Shown here: positions 1-12,434 of the stretch, piece by piece | How positions within the stretch are numbered: position 1 is the stretch's first letter | Layout: each line of letters starts with the position of its first letter | NCBI GenBank assembly: GCA_963827275.1 | Contig: CAWHAA010000001.1 | Location: 160,001-224,000, forward strand | DNA from: an uncultured Spirochaetota bacterium | Lineage (GTDB): Bacteria > Spirochaetota > UBA4802 > UBA5550 | Length of the DNA: 64,000 nucleotides | Direction: 5' to 3' | Made by a program: the position numbers and the translations under genes | Notes under the pieces: model-generated | Database searches by the model: none | The model's input: only the letters and a program-made list of their open reading frames with translations | Told to the model about the DNA's origin: nothing

Positions 1-1078
<1,078 letters not shown>

Positions 1079-1106
1079 TTATGGTTTGAATCATTTAACA
1101 AAAATT

Positions 1107-1988
1107 CTACTTTAGAGCTGCCGCACCGCCGACTATCTCCGAAATCTCTTTCGTGATCTTGGCCTGGCGGACCCTGTTATATGTTATCGTAAGTTCTCTA
1201 ATCATCTCGGACGACGCGTCGCTTGCGTTCTTCATGGCGACCCGGCGGGCGAATTGCTCAGAAAACGATGATTCGAGGAAGCAGGTATAAATCTGCACCT
1301 TCAGATACAGCTGTATAAGGTACGCAAAGATCCTCGACGGATTCGGCTCAAAGTAAAATTCGAGCTGTGCTCCCGGGTACATGTCCTTGATCTCCTCCTC
1401 TTCGAGAAGGATCGGGAGAAGGCGGATCATGGCCGGCTTCTGAGAAGAAGAAGACATTACCTTCGTGTATGAAATATAAATTTCATGAAATTCGCCGCTC
1501 AGGAAGAGATTTCTCAGCTCCGAGCCTATTCCCGCAGCCTGTTCGAACGTCAGCTTGTCCTCGGGGTTCAGCATCGACTTATACATCGGTTCCTTGATAA
1601 AATTGTAAAAACCGATCCCCTTCTTCCCCACGGCAAAGACCTGCGTATCCCGGTGCTCATCCGCCATCTTCTTCTTGAAGTTCAGGGTCGTCTCGATAAC
1701 ATTCGTGTTGAAGCTGCCGCAAAGACCGCGGTTCCCGGTAATCTGAAGCACGAGAATGCGGGAGGGATCATCAGCTTCCCTGAAATGCGGATCATCAGCT
1801 ACATTAACGCCGGAGTTCACCAGGTTCGCCATGATCTCATTGACCTTCAGTTCATACGGCTTGGACATTTCAAGTCTTCCCTGCATCTTTTTCATCTTTG
1901 CAGTGGAGACCATCTCCATGGTGCTGGTTATCTTCCGGGTGTTACTAACGGACTTGATTCTGTTTTTTATATCCCTTTGAGTAGCCAC
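1107..1988 (-). CDS. atpG: F1Fo ATP synthase subunit gamma
   Basis: KITSTMEMVS, GNRGLCGSFN and RQAKITKEISEIVGG motifs; lies between atpA and atpD. Confidence 0.97.
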   Translation of the reverse strand: MATQRDIKNRIKSVSNTRKITSTMEMVSTAKMKKMQGRLEMSKPYELKVNEIMANLVNSGVNVADDPHFREADDPSRILVLQITGNRGLCGSFNTNVIETTLNFKKKMADEHRDTQVFAVGKKGIGFYNFIKEPMYKSMLNPEDKLTFEQAAGIGSELRNLFLSGEFHEIYISYTKVMSSSSQKPAMIRLLPILLEEEEIKDMYPGAQLEFYFEPNPSRIFAYLIQLYLKVQIYTCFLESSFSEQFARRVAMKNASDASSEMIRELTITYNRVRQAKITKEISEIVGGAAALK

Positions 1989-2007
1989 AGTATAATCCCT
2001 TAGTTAT

Positions 2008-3527
2008 TTATTTGCTCACTTCAGCAATATACCGATCAACGAATTCCTGTATGGCGCTGCTGAATTTTTCCACATTGTTTAATTGTCCGGTTGCGGATAT
2101 ATCGGACAGAAGGTCTTTATGGGAGCTCTTCATGTACGCGATATACTTGGCCTCAAAATCCTTAACTTTTTCAACAGGCACCTTGTCGAGGAAACCCTGC
2201 GTGGCGGCAAACATAATCGCCACCTGTTCCTCAACCGCCATCGGAACATACTGCCCCTGTTTCAGCACTTCAACGAGCCTGATACCACGGTCGAGCTGTT
2301 TCTGGGTCGCAGCGTCGAGCTCAGTACCCATCTGCGCGAACGCCTGGAGTTCACGGAACTGCGCGAGGTCGAGCCGCAGGGAGCCGGCGTATTTCTTCAT
2401 ACGCCTTGATCTGCGCGTTGCCGCCGACCCGGGATACGGAGATACCGACGTCAACAGCCGGACGGATACCGGACGCGAAGAGGTTCGGCAGGAGGTATAT
2501 CTGACCATCGGTAATCGAGATAACGTTGGTCGGGATGTACGCGGAAACCTCACCTTCCTGCGTTTCAATGATCGGAAGCGCGGTAAGGCTGCCGCCGCCG
2601 AGATCATCGTGAAGCTTTGCCGACCGCTCGAGCAGCCGTGAGTGGCAATAGAAAATATCACCGGGATACGCTTCACGTCCGGGAGGCCTCCGGAGGAGCA
2701 GTGACATTTCGCGGTACGCATTGGCCTGTTTTGTAAGGTCATCATACACGCAGAGCGTATGCCCTTTCTTTTCATACATGAAATATTCCGCCATGGCCGT
2801 TCCGGCATACGGCGCGATATACTGCATCGGCGCCGGGTCTGACGCGTTGGCGGCAACGACGATGGTGTACTCCATGGCGCCGTGCTCTTCAAGCTTTTCA
2901 ACGACCGCGGCAACGGTTGATGCCTTCTGGCCTATTGCGACGTATACGCAAATTACATTTTTACCTTTCTGGTTTATGATCGCATCGAGCGCAATCGCGG
3001 TTTTACCGGTTTTACGGTCGCCGATGATCAGCTCGCGCTGTCCCCGTCCGATCGGAATCATCGAGTCAACGGCCTTTATACCTGTCTGGAGCGGCTCTTT
3101 AACCGGCTGACGGGATGCAATACCGGGAGCGACGAACTCAAGAGGACGATACTTTTTAATATTGATCGGCCCTTTGTTGTCAACCGGCACACCGAGAGGA
3201 GTAACGACCCGTCCGAGCATCTCTTCGCCCACCGGAACCGCGAGAACCCGGTTCAGCCTCTTTACAGAGTCGCCTTCCTGTATCTTGAGGTAATCGCCAA
3301 GGATGGCAGCACCGATGGAGTCTTCTTCAAGGTTAAGAACCATCCCCTGGACGCCATTCTCGAATTCAAGCATCTCGCCGGACATCGCGTTTTCAAGTCC
3401 GTGGATCCTGGCGATACCGTCACCGACCTGAATAACGGTCCCGACTTCGCTCACGTCCAGAGCTGGATTTATATCCTTCAATCTCTTTCTTTATGATAGA
3501 TTTTATTTCTTCAGTTTTAATCTTCAT
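2008..3527 (-). CDS. atpA: F1Fo ATP synthase subunit alpha (frameshifts at ~3465 and ~2401)
   Basis: ATG at 3527 gives [20 protein letters not shown] and [12 protein letters not shown] are in ORF 2351..3481; the C-terminus [16 protein letters not shown] is in ORF 2008..2913. Confidence 0.96.
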
Positions 3528-4088
3528 AGGCCACTTCACTCCTGACTTTGCTATTTAACAGATTATTCTTTATATTTTTAAGATCTTTTGCTAAAGACCC
3601 GTCTATTACAGTGTCACCTACTTTTATAATAATTCCGCCGAGGATATCGGCCTTGTCTCGGTTTTAAGAATGATTTCTTTTTTCAGCTTTTCTTTGAGGC
3701 TGGCCGCCAGCTTTTCCCTCATTGCAGAATCCAGCTCAGCTGGAGTGACAATTGTCACCTTCTGACGGTTATTGAACGTCATCAACCAAGGCCGCAAGGG
3801 CTTCGTATATTTCAACGATGCATGACTGGCGATCGTTATCGATCAGCACCTTTATGAAGTTTACAATGTGTCTCAGACAGGTTGCCCTTGAAGATTTTAT
3901 CGATAAAATCTTTCTTGGTTTCCTTGGCTATGCCCGGGGCCACAAGAAAATGTCTGAAATCTTTATCTTCTTCGACCAGATCGGCAAGAAATCTTATCTC
4001 CTCTTCGAGATCGGGCAGATATTTTCATGCTCTGCCCGATTTCGACCAGAGAGGATGCATATACACGAGCTATATCCTTTGCAGCCAC
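3517..4088 (-). CDS. atpH: F1Fo ATP synthase subunit delta (several frameshifts)
   Basis: Manual translation from GTG 4088 gives MAAKDIARVYASSLVEIGQ. The later fragment VTIVTPAELDSAMREKLAASLKEKLKKEIIL is delta-like. Lies between atpF and atpA. Confidence 0.85.
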
Positions 4089-4137
4089 GTTAGTACCCTA
4101 TCCTAAATTTAAATATCAGGACAGTTCAGTATGTATA

Positions 4138-4648
4138 TTACTGAACTGTCCCCATTTTATTCAAAGCTTCTTCAACGAGAGCCTTCTGATCATCCGGTTT
4201 GATATTCTTATTGATGATCTTCGATGCAATTTCCGTCGAGAGCAGAACAACTTCCGTTTTTGATGTCGACAAGCGCCTTGTCTTTCGCGAGATCGATCTC
4301 TTTCTTAGCGCGATCAGCAATCGTTCTCGATTCCGTGGCCGCTTTTTCAACGATCTCGTTCTTGATCTTTTCGGCCTCTTCCCTGCCCTTGGCAATGATC
4401 TGTGACGCCTCGTTGCGGGCGTTGTCCATCATTGCCTTGTGCTGGGTCAGAAGCTTATCTGCTTCCTGACGCGTCCGTTCGGCGTTATCAATCTCGAAGC
4501 GAATCTTTTCCGCCCTGGCGTCCAGCGCATCGACAATCGGCCTCCATGCTGCTTTCCATAATATCAGCAGCAGGACGATGAAAGTGATGATCGTCCACAG
4601 CATAAGACCCGGATCGACCCTGAGCAACCCTTCTTTCAAGAATTCCAT
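4138..4648 (-). CDS. atpF: F1Fo ATP synthase subunit b (frameshift at ~4255)
   Basis: N-terminal TM segment DPGLMLWTIITFIVLLLILWKAAWRPI followed by a coiled coil. The C-terminus EVVLLSTEIASKIINKNI is in another frame. Confidence 0.93.
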
Positions 4649-4679
4649 ATTACTTACCTTTCAAAAAGATAAAACTCTT

Positions 4680-5003
4680 TTACGCCGTACGAATTAAAAA
4701 CGAAAGCTTACTTACTTGACTTCTTCCGCTGCAGCAGGCTTCTTCTGCTTCGACTGCAACCGGTGCTTGCTGTTTCTGAATTGCGAGCATGAAGGTAATA
4801 ACGAGAGCAAAGAACGTGAAACCTTCGATCAGAGCAGCAGCGATGATCATGGCGGTCCTGAGGTCACCGCTCAATTCCGGCTGACGGGCCATCCCTTCGA
4901 TAGCACCTGACGCCAAGCGGCCGATACCCATAGCGGCACCGATAACAACCAGACCAGCGCCCAGACCAGCTCCCAGATACGACAAACCTAAATATTCCAT
5001 CAT
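4680..5003 (-). CDS. atpE: F1Fo ATP synthase subunit c (C-terminal extension; exact stop uncertain)
   Basis: GAGL..IGAAMGIG, ARQPE loop and the conserved Glu in AALIEG. Confidence 0.95.
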   Translation of the reverse strand: MMEYLGLSYLGAGLGAGLVVIGAAMGIGRLASGAIEGMARQPELSGDLRTAMIIAAALIEGFTFFALVITFMLAIQKQQAPVAVEAEEACCSGRSQVSKLSFLIRTA

Positions 5004-5088
5004 TTCCTCCTAGGTATTGAACTTATTTATCCCTTGTATTTATAAATTAATCCTTTGAATTAATTTATGTGCTTTAGCAATTCTCCCG

Positions 5089-6039
5089 TCAGTGCGCGTG
5101 CATCGAAGATCCGATGAACATCGCCGACAGAGTTGTAAAAATAAACGCCTGGATGAACGCGACCAGCAGTTCAAGCAGGTATATCATGAGCGCCCCGAGT
5201 ATGGAGCCGATACCGACAAAGTAGCTTTGAAACATCATGACAAGAAAGATGAAGATCAGTATGACGACGTGGCCGGCAGTCATGTTTGCAAATAGACGAA
5301 CTGTCAGCGCAAAGGGCTTAATCAGCAGGCCGATCAGCTCGATGGGCCACAGCAGGCAGAGCCCCAGGACAAAGGGAACACCGTGAGGTACGGTCCCCTT
5401 GTAAAACCAGAGGGGGCCCTGTTTGATAACGCCCACCCCGATAATGAGGACCAGCGTGAGTACCGCCAGGCCGCCGGTGACCGCGAGGTTGCCGGTCGCG
5501 GTCGCGAAGCCGGGGATCATGCCAAGGTAATTGCAGAAAAGGACAAAAAAGAAAAGCGTGGTGAAATACGGCATCGCCGTCTTTATATATTTGCCATCGA
5601 AATTCGGCTCTACTATTTCATTGTGGACGGTGGAGACGATCAGCATCTCCCACATGTTCACCCATCTTGATTCGGAGCCCATCTTTTCTTTCTTTATCGT
5701 GAACGCGAGAGGAATAAAAATTGCAAGGCAGCAGAGCATCGCGAGCCACAGCATCATGACCCATTTGGTAATCCTCATGTCAAAGATGCCGAAGAACTTG
5801 TCCTTGAGCACCGTTTCATTCACATGGGCTATCGCGTTATTAATCGATTTCATCTGCGTGGTAATAATATTGTCGTGGGGAGATGCATGGGACGGTTCGA
5901 TAACATGGTCGGTAAGGTGGCTGTTGACCAGCTCTCCGACGCCTTCAACTTCATGATGACCGCCGCCCGGGGCCATGTAGAAAATCAGGAAAAGCAGGTA
6001 AGCGACGATTATGACAGCAAGTGGAATTATCCGTTTCAC
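5089..6039 (-). CDS. atpB: F1Fo ATP synthase subunit a
   Basis: KPFALTVRLFANMTAGH (essential Arg) and ELLVAFIQAFIF. Confidence 0.96.
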   Translation of the reverse strand: MKRIIPLAVIIVAYLLFLIFYMAPGGGHHEVEGVGELVNSHLTDHVIEPSHASPHDNIITTQMKSINNAIAHVNETVLKDKFFGIFDMRITKWVMMLWLAMLCCLAIFIPLAFTIKKEKMGSESRWVNMWEMLIVSTVHNEIVEPNFDGKYIKTAMPYFTTLFFFVLFCNYLGMIPGFATATGNLAVTGGLAVLTLVLIIGVGVIKQGPLWFYKGTVPHGVPFVLGLCLLWPIELIGLLIKPFALTVRLFANMTAGHVVILIFIFLVMMFQSYFVGIGSILGALMIYLLELLVAFIQAFIFTTLSAMFIGSSMHAH

Positions 6040-6190
6040 GGGAAATCTCCTGGATCTTTGTTTACTCTCTATTCTATACCGGCTGCATGCAGGCGATGCC
6101 TTTCACATTCATTTGTTTGCCCCGGCCTGATTGTTTCTCGCTTGTGATATCCATTTAAAAAAACGACCGTTAAAAATCAAGATAAATTCA

Positions 6191-6451
6191 CTACAGCCAT
6201 TTTTTTCTTAATTTATTTTCTTCCTTTTTTTCTTTGGTCTCAATATTCTGCAGCTGCTTGATCAGATGATAAAAACCAATCGCCATCCCAAGGAACGCTC
6301 CGATGATCGTGAAAACCGGCTCCCTTTTGAAATGCTCGTCAAGCTTGCTGCCGCCCAGGATAAAGATCGTCACCGTCGCTGCGAGTTCAAGTCCTATGGT
6401 CGAATAAGTGAATATTGAGCTTGTAGATTTTTTTTTGTCCCACTTATTCAA
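6191..6451 (-). CDS. AtpZ/AtpI family ATP synthase-associated membrane protein
   Basis: 86-aa two-TM protein with IGLELA..GSKLDEHF..P.FTIIGAFLG pattern; first gene of the atp operon. Confidence 0.85.
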   Translation of the reverse strand: MNKWDKKKSTSSIFTYSTIGLELAATVTIFILGGSKLDEHFKREPVFTIIGAFLGMAIGFYHLIKQLQNIETKEKKEENKLRKKWL

Positions 6452-6850
6452 TTATAGTATCTGTCCTTTATAGTCTCTGTCCTTCGCAGTGAATAGTAAA
6501 CATCCTCTGTACTCTTGTCAGCATTTTTTTTATTGGGCAATTGTCAAGATTTTTTCACTCTTTTTGATTTGTTTTTACTTCATTATACAAAAAATAACAA
6601 TTTATGGGGATGGTCTTCCCCCGGAGATCGGTGATATCTCCGAATAACAATCACTGCCGGTTAAAATACAGGGGTCACACCCTCCATTGATGCTTTTTAA
6701 TGACTTTTCGACAACAATACGCCGAAAGTCGGTCCGCGAGATGTTAAGCATGTAACCGGACATGACGATAATAAAAAAGTCATAGCAAGACAGGAGAAGG
6801 CGTTCGGGGTGCGAAAGGCATGGCGCCTATGTTTATCCAGAGGACCACAT

Positions 6851-7105
6851 ATGAAGTTATCCATCAAATTGATTCCGAACCATGAAGAAATCATCGCCAA
6901 TTGCCCCGAGCTTGACATTAACTGTTATGGAGCGGACAGATCTGAAGCTATTCGCAGGATAAAAAAGGTGATACACTTTTATGTTGACTCGGCCAAGGAG
7001 TTTGGCCTTGATGTTGAATCGCTCGATGAAATTTCCATTGAGGGCGAATCAGAGCTGGCGCTCAGCGAATCAGAGAACACATCCCCCACGAATACGATAA
7101 ATTGA
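6851..7105 (+). CDS. HicB-like protein (RNase H-like fold antitoxin domain)
   Basis: AGGA RBS before ATG 6851. IIANCPELDINCYGADRSEAIRRIKKVI matches the HicB N-terminal pattern. Confidence 0.65.
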   Translation: MKLSIKLIPNHEEIIANCPELDINCYGADRSEAIRRIKKVIHFYVDSAKEFGLDVESLDEISIEGESELALSESENTSPTNTIN

Positions 7106-7172
7106 TTTCATAAACCAAACAGCGTCCGGGTGTTCTTTATTAGCAGCAATTAATCCTGCATGGCGCATAAAA

Positions 7173-7203
7173 CAAACGGGGCCTTCATTGAAGGCCCCGT
7201 TTG
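7173..7203. terminator. Perfect hairpin between convergent genes, probably a terminator
   Basis: CAAACGGGGCCTTCA-T-TGAAGGCCCCGTTTG, with a T-rich tail on the minus strand. Confidence 0.75.
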
Positions 7204-7217
7204 GCAGTACACCCTGT

Positions 7218-8609
7218 TTACTTTCCTTCCAGTTCGGATTCATCTATCTTGAAGCCATTGCTACTGAGCAGTTCCGCTACCCACGTCTTCCTCTTTTCAG
7301 CTTTCCTTGCGTCGTAGAGGCGGTTCTCGATATTTTTTCTCACTTCCTCAAACGGGATGATCCGCTTTACGCTTTTGCCCCCCTCGTTCGAGTTCCTTGT
7401 ATACATGCGGTCCAGGTTCTTGGTATAATAATCCCTGACCTCCAGGGGGGTGACCGTTATGCCCGTCAGCGCGACCTCTGATTCATACGACCCGGCAAGA
7501 TTGTAATCGATGAAATACCCGAGCTCGCTCTTGAATTTTTCTTCCTTGTCAATGCCCCTCCTGATCGCTTCACGCATCATGACCTCTTCTTTGAGGAGCC
7601 TTTTTGCCAGTTCACGCTTCATCCTGTCCTCGATCTGCATCTCGGTGCGGCCCATCTTCTTCCGCTTGCTCAGGATGAAATTCATCAGCCTGTTTAAATC
7701 GGCGACCGCAAACTCCTTCTCCCCCACCTTGAAGAGCGGCGCGGCGGGATTAAACAGCGACGCCGTTTCGATGTTGTTCGTCACGTCCTTGGCCTGGATC
7801 AGGCGCTCCTGGAGTCCCATCGCGGCATTATAGGTAAGCCGGCGCTTCAGTCCCGCCTGCTGCATCTTGTCCTCTATCACGTCCTCGATATTGTCCTCGG
7901 TGAGGTCGGTCACATCTTCCACCATGATGACATACACGCCGTTGCCGAGCCTGACCGGCTCCTTGGTATAAGTCCCTTTTGCCACGGCGAATATGGCGCT
8001 CGAGAATTCTTCCCCGCGCATCCCCTTTATGATATAGCCGATATCGCCGCCCTTCCTCTTTGAAAAATCGTCCGAATTTTTTTTCGCAAGGTCCTCAAAA
8101 GAAGCGCCCTTGTCCAGCTCCGCGATCAGCGCACGGGCCTTTTCCATCTTTTCATTATATGCGACTTCCATTTCTGCGTCGGAAAGCTTTTCGCGCTTGT
8201 TATTCACGATTTTATAGTTTTTCACCGTCAGCTTGATGATCCGGGCCCTGGCCGCCTTCTCGCTGAATTTTCCCTCGCTGCTGATGGCCTTGCCGATGTA
8301 CTGCGCGTAGAAATTTCTCGTCGCGTGGTTTTTCAGGTACACAAAATCCTCGTTTTTGTCAAAGCCGGCCTTTATCGCTTCCCGCACCACGAGCTTTTCG
8401 GTCGCGAAACGCTCAAGGTGGCTTTTCTGCTGGTCTTTTTTCTTGAGAACGGATTCCTTCGCCATCCTCCGGGCTTCCAGCCACTCATAAAATTCGCCCC
8501 TCGTTATCTGCCCGTCCTTGAATGTGACGAGCACATCTCCCGGCCGCTTGCATCCGATCGCGGTCAGCGTCAACAGGAGTCCCAGCGCAAGAATGATACA
8601 TCTTTTCAT
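7218..8609 (-). CDS. PpiC/parvulin-type peptidyl-prolyl isomerase lipoprotein (PrsA/SurA-like)
   Basis: Lipobox TAIGC; rotamase motif GASFEDLAKKNSDDFSKRKGGDIGYI. Confidence 0.88.
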   Translation of the reverse strand: MKRCIILALGLLLTLTAIGCKRPGDVLVTFKDGQITRGEFYEWLEARRMAKESVLKKKDQQKSHLERFATEKLVVREAIKAGFDKNEDFVYLKNHATRNFYAQYIGKAISSEGKFSEKAARARIIKLTVKNYKIVNNKREKLSDAEMEVAYNEKMEKARALIAELDKGASFEDLAKKNSDDFSKRKGGDIGYIIKGMRGEEFSSAIFAVAKGTYTKEPVRLGNGVYVIMVEDVTDLTEDNIEDVIEDKMQQAGLKRRLTYNAAMGLQERLIQAKDVTNNIETASLFNPAAPLFKVGEKEFAVADLNRLMNFILSKRKKMGRTEMQIEDRMKRELAKRLLKEEVMMREAIRRGIDKEEKFKSELGYFIDYNLAGSYESEVALTGITVTPLEVRDYYTKNLDRMYTRNSNEGGKSVKRIIPFEEVRKNIENRLYDARKAEKRKTWVAELLSSNGFKIDESELEGK

Positions 8610-8892
8610 TAATATGCTCCACATAACTCTTAATTTATATTTGCATCAAATCCTCGGCGCGAAGCGACCCCCTGCATACAAGCCTCTACCCGTGGCCCGC
8701 GGCGCCGGGAAAACAATACAATCATGCAACATGTAGCGATGAAAATCCCGGGAAATACCGGATATCGAATCAATAAGGAAACAGGAAGGGTGCAGTGTTA
8801 CAAAATGTCAAATGAAATTCATGCATCCGGCCCTTTTTAACCGGCAGACCGCCGCTGCCGTCGGGTACGGACCGTTCCTAACGGCGGCGCGC

Positions 8893-9933
8893 TTAAAACT
8901 GGAGGCGCGTCCCCAGCTGAAGGCTGATGTCCCTGCCGTTGCTGATATTTACCATTGTCTCAAAATTGAGCTTCAGGATCCATATATTGATTTCGAGGCC
9001 GGCCACAAAAAGTCCCATGAATACGCGGGGGTGATATTTATATCCGACGGCGGCGAAGAGAAATTCAGAGTACCCCGCCAGCGCGGTGCTCGTTATCGGC
9101 CCGATACCGCTCCCGTCAAGGCTGTTGACCCCGTAGGTCAGGGACATCCCGAACCCCGCATACAGGTCGAATACCCACAGGAAATTGATGTAGGCCAGCG
9201 CCTGGGTGTTCACCGAGAACATGATCCACTTTAAATTGAAATTATAGTACGCGTCGAAATCTATATTGTAATTGCCCCCCGGGGGGTTGACCTCTATGCC
9301 CTTGAGCGTGTACCGGTAGTGGCCATCGATGGTGAGCAGACCTTCCATGTAATCCGCCCCGGCGCTCACGGTAAGGCCCCCGAAATCGAATATGTTCGCA
9401 AGGATCTTCTTTTTCTTGATAAGGTTTTTCCTGATCTTGGCGCCGCCGGAATAAATATTGAACTTGCCCAGCTTCGCCGATTCCTGGTTGAGTGGCGGCT
9501 TGTAAATAGCATCGGTGAGGACCATGAGCTTGAACATCAGGTCGAATCCGCCCGCGAGGCCGAAGCCGAAATAGAGCACCGGGTTGGGGGCATAGGCCGG
9601 GTATACGTTCGCATCGCGCGGCACGTCCTCGTCGTAATATTTCATGTTCGCGCACCCGATGGTGGCGGAGACGCCGAAGAACATATGCGGGAAATTGCCG
9701 ATGTAGGCGTCGCCCACCGGGTATCCCCCGACGTTCGCGAGCGCAAACGCGGCAGGATAGTTCCTGAAGTTCTTCGTGATTACATTGTCAATCTCATAGA
9801 CCGTGCTCAGCAATCCGGGAACGGGAATGCTCGGCGCCCTGGACGTATCCACGAACACCCATGCATGGACCGGCAGCGCACTGAAACAGTGCAGGGCTGC
9901 GATGGTGGCGACTGTTAGGAGCAAACGCTTCAT
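8893..9933 (-). CDS. Putative outer-membrane beta-barrel protein (spirochaetal Lsa36/DUF6588-like)
   Basis: Signal peptide ending in VHA, amphipathic beta strands and C-terminal LQLGTRLQF. The family assignment is from recollection and needs an HMM check. Confidence 0.6.
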   Translation of the reverse strand: MKRLLLTVATIAALHCFSALPVHAWVFVDTSRAPSIPVPGLLSTVYEIDNVITKNFRNYPAAFALANVGGYPVGDAYIGNFPHMFFGVSATIGCANMKYYDEDVPRDANVYPAYAPNPVLYFGFGLAGGFDLMFKLMVLTDAIYKPPLNQESAKLGKFNIYSGGAKIRKNLIKKKKILANIFDFGGLTVSAGADYMEGLLTIDGHYRYTLKGIEVNPPGGNYNIDFDAYYNFNLKWIMFSVNTQALAYINFLWVFDLYAGFGMSLTYGVNSLDGSGIGPITSTALAGYSEFLFAAVGYKYHPRVFMGLFVAGLEINIWILKLNFETMVNISNGRDISLQLGTRLQF

Positions 9934-10088
9934 GATGAATCCCGCATGGTAGTTATGTCTATTGTCGGCACAATGGCCTGCGAATAATATCATTATCCTG
10001 ACGTCATCAAGCATAATAGTACGCACAGAAGGATAATTTGTCAATGAATAACTGCATGGACTGGTTGCCGGCGGCGGGGTCCGCTCTT

Positions 10089-10862
10089 TCAGGAGCGGCC
10101 GGGTTCCCCGGTCAGGACCAGGGGCCGGTCCCCTGTTATGGCAACGGTATGCTCGAATTGCGCCGAGAGGCGTCCGTCCGCGGTGACCGCCGTCCATCCA
10201 TCCTTGAGCAGGCGCACCTCGCTGCCGCCTTCATTGATCATCGGCTCGACGGCAAGGACCATGCCGCTTTCGAGGAGGATGCCCGTGCCCCGCTTTCCGA
10301 AATGAGGGACGACGGGCGGCTCATGGAGGGCGAACCCCACCCCGTGCCCGGTGTAATTGCGGACCACGCTGTAGCCGCGGTCTTCGGCAAAAGACTGTAT
10401 GGCATGACCGATGTCCCCGATCCGGCCCCCGGGTCGCATGACGCCGATAGCGCGTTCCAGCGCCTGGCGGGCGGCATCCGCAAGGCGCAGGGCATTGTCG
10501 GGGACCGCTCCCACGGCAAACGTCCGGCACGCGTCGCTGAAATAACCGTTCAGCACCACGCCGATATCGACTTTTACCAGGTCCCCGTCCCTGATTTTCC
10601 TTTTTTTTGTCGGAACGCCATGGACCACTTCCTCATTGATGGAAATACAGGAAGCCGCACTGTACCGCGGCACTGTCTTAAAGGCGGGCCTCCCCTTCTG
10701 CTTGAGGATCATGGATTCTATGAGTGAGTCCAACTCCCAGGTGGACATCCCTTCAAGGGGAGCGCCGGAGAGGCTGGTGAATATGCCGGCAATGATGGCG
10801 CCGGAGTCGCTGATGCGCTTGATATCATCAGGAGACTTGAGGCGCACGCTTTTATTTCTCAT
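10089..10862 (-). CDS. map: Type I methionine aminopeptidase
   Basis: CISINEEVVHG, DIGV..GYFSD, GHGVG..LHE, AVEPM and SAQFEHT motifs. Confidence 0.96.
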   Translation of the reverse strand: MRNKSVRLKSPDDIKRISDSGAIIAGIFTSLSGAPLEGMSTWELDSLIESMILKQKGRPAFKTVPRYSAASCISINEEVVHGVPTKKRKIRDGDLVKVDIGVVLNGYFSDACRTFAVGAVPDNALRLADAARQALERAIGVMRPGGRIGDIGHAIQSFAEDRGYSVVRNYTGHGVGFALHEPPVVPHFGKRGTGILLESGMVLAVEPMINEGGSEVRLLKDGWTAVTADGRLSAQFEHTVAITGDRPLVLTGEPGRS

Positions 10863-10925
10863 GACGCGCTCTCGCCCCCGGCCAGCCGGCGCCGCCCGGG
10901 GGCGCCGCCGGCCCCGCGGCCGCCG

Positions 10926-11999
10926 CTACGCCTCGGCCGCACGGGCGTCTTCTGGCTTTTCATTCTCCTTTCCCTGCCCGGCAAGCCCGACCGCGGCCTT
11001 GATCTTCGCCTCGACCTCCTGCGCAAGGGCGGGATTGTCAGTAAAATACTTCTTCGCGTTCTCGCGCCCCTGCCCGATCCGCTCGTCGCCGTAGGAAAAC
11101 CAGGTGCCCGACTTCTTCACGATCTCGTGCTTCACGCCAAGGTCGAGGATGTCGCCTACCCGGGAGATGCCGGAATCGTACATGATGTCGAACTCGGCCT
11201 GCCGGAAGGGCGGCGCCACCTTGTTCTTCACGACCTTCACCCTGACCCGGTTGCCGACGGCCTCTTCCCCGGACTTCAGGGTCTCGATCTTGCGGATATC
11301 GAGGCGTATGGACGAATAGAACTTGAGGGCGTTGCCGCCGGTCGTGGTTTCCGGATTGCCGAACATCACGCCGATCTTCATCCGTATCTGGTTGATAAAT
11401 ATGACGCAGGTCTTCGACTTGGAGATGACGCCGGTAAGCTTCCTGAGCGCCTGGCTCATGAGGCGGGCCTGGAGGCCCATGTGGGAATCGCCCATGTCGC
11501 CGTCGATCTCCGCCTTCGGCACAAGCGCCGCGACCGAGTCGATGACGATGATATCCACCGCGCCGGAGCGGACCAGCGCCTCGACGATCTCCAGCGCCTC
11601 TTCCCCGGTGTCGGGCTGGGACACGAGGAGCTCGTCGGTCTTCACGCCCAGCTTGCCCGCGTAGGACGGGTCCATGGCGTGCTCGGCGTCGATGAACGCC
11701 GCGACCCCGCCCAGCTTCTGCGCCTCCGCCACCACGTGGAGCGTGAGCGTGGTCTTGCCGGATGACTCGGGGCCGTATATCTCAACGACCCTGCCGCGCG
11801 GCAGGCCGCCGATGCCGAGCGCGATATCCAGCTCAAGGGAACCGGTCGATATCGCCTCAACCTGCACGATCTTGTCTCCGTCCCCCAGCCGCATGATGGA
11901 GCCCTTGCCGAACTGTTTTTCTATCTGCATGATTGCCGATTCAAGGGCCTGGGTCTTCTGACCGTTCTCTTTCTGGTGCGTCTCTTTCTGCTCAGCCAT
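10926..11999 (-). CDS. recA: Recombinase RecA
   Basis: [29 protein letters not shown] and GGNALKFY motifs. Confidence 0.99.
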   Translation of the reverse strand: MAEQKETHQKENGQKTQALESAIMQIEKQFGKGSIMRLGDGDKIVQVEAISTGSLELDIALGIGGLPRGRVVEIYGPESSGKTTLTLHVVAEAQKLGGVAAFIDAEHAMDPSYAGKLGVKTDELLVSQPDTGEEALEIVEALVRSGAVDIIVIDSVAALVPKAEIDGDMGDSHMGLQARLMSQALRKLTGVISKSKTCVIFINQIRMKIGVMFGNPETTTGGNALKFYSSIRLDIRKIETLKSGEEAVGNRVRVKVVKNKVAPPFRQAEFDIMYDSGISRVGDILDLGVKHEIVKKSGTWFSYGDERIGQGRENAKKYFTDNPALAQEVEAKIKAAVGLAGQGKENEKPEDARAAEA

Positions 12000-12434
12000 G
12001 TGGGTTACCTCGTCGTGTTGAATGAATTCTATCGCCTGTGCCGCAGGCCGGTAGCGCCTTGCCGGGCATCTTCCCGGCCCGGGCTGAATCCGCGGCTATC
12101 GTAGTGCGCGCACGCGATTGATGTGTATACGAATATGCCCTTGCAAATAGTAAAACTTATGTCTCATCAATTTGTAAAGAACAAAAATTTTTTCATCCGT
12201 ATGTATGGAGGAATATGCCGGGCGCGTGATTATGTCAAGTAAAAAATACTATATTTTTGTTAAGTATATATATTTTTATTCCCGCCCGGAACCTGCGCGG
12301 CCAGGGACAGTCATTCGGAACCGGTCCGGGCAATGGCCGGATATTTTATAGCGTAAAAATTACTGGACAGGGGCCACCGGCCGGTACAATACCAATCAGC
12401 AGTGCATATCAATACCCATGAGGAAGGAGTTCAT

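Noticed and set aside
12170..12270. LexA/SOS box upstream of recA
   Set aside because: TACT-N12-AGTA and GAAC..TTTC match known SOS consensus sequences only poorly.
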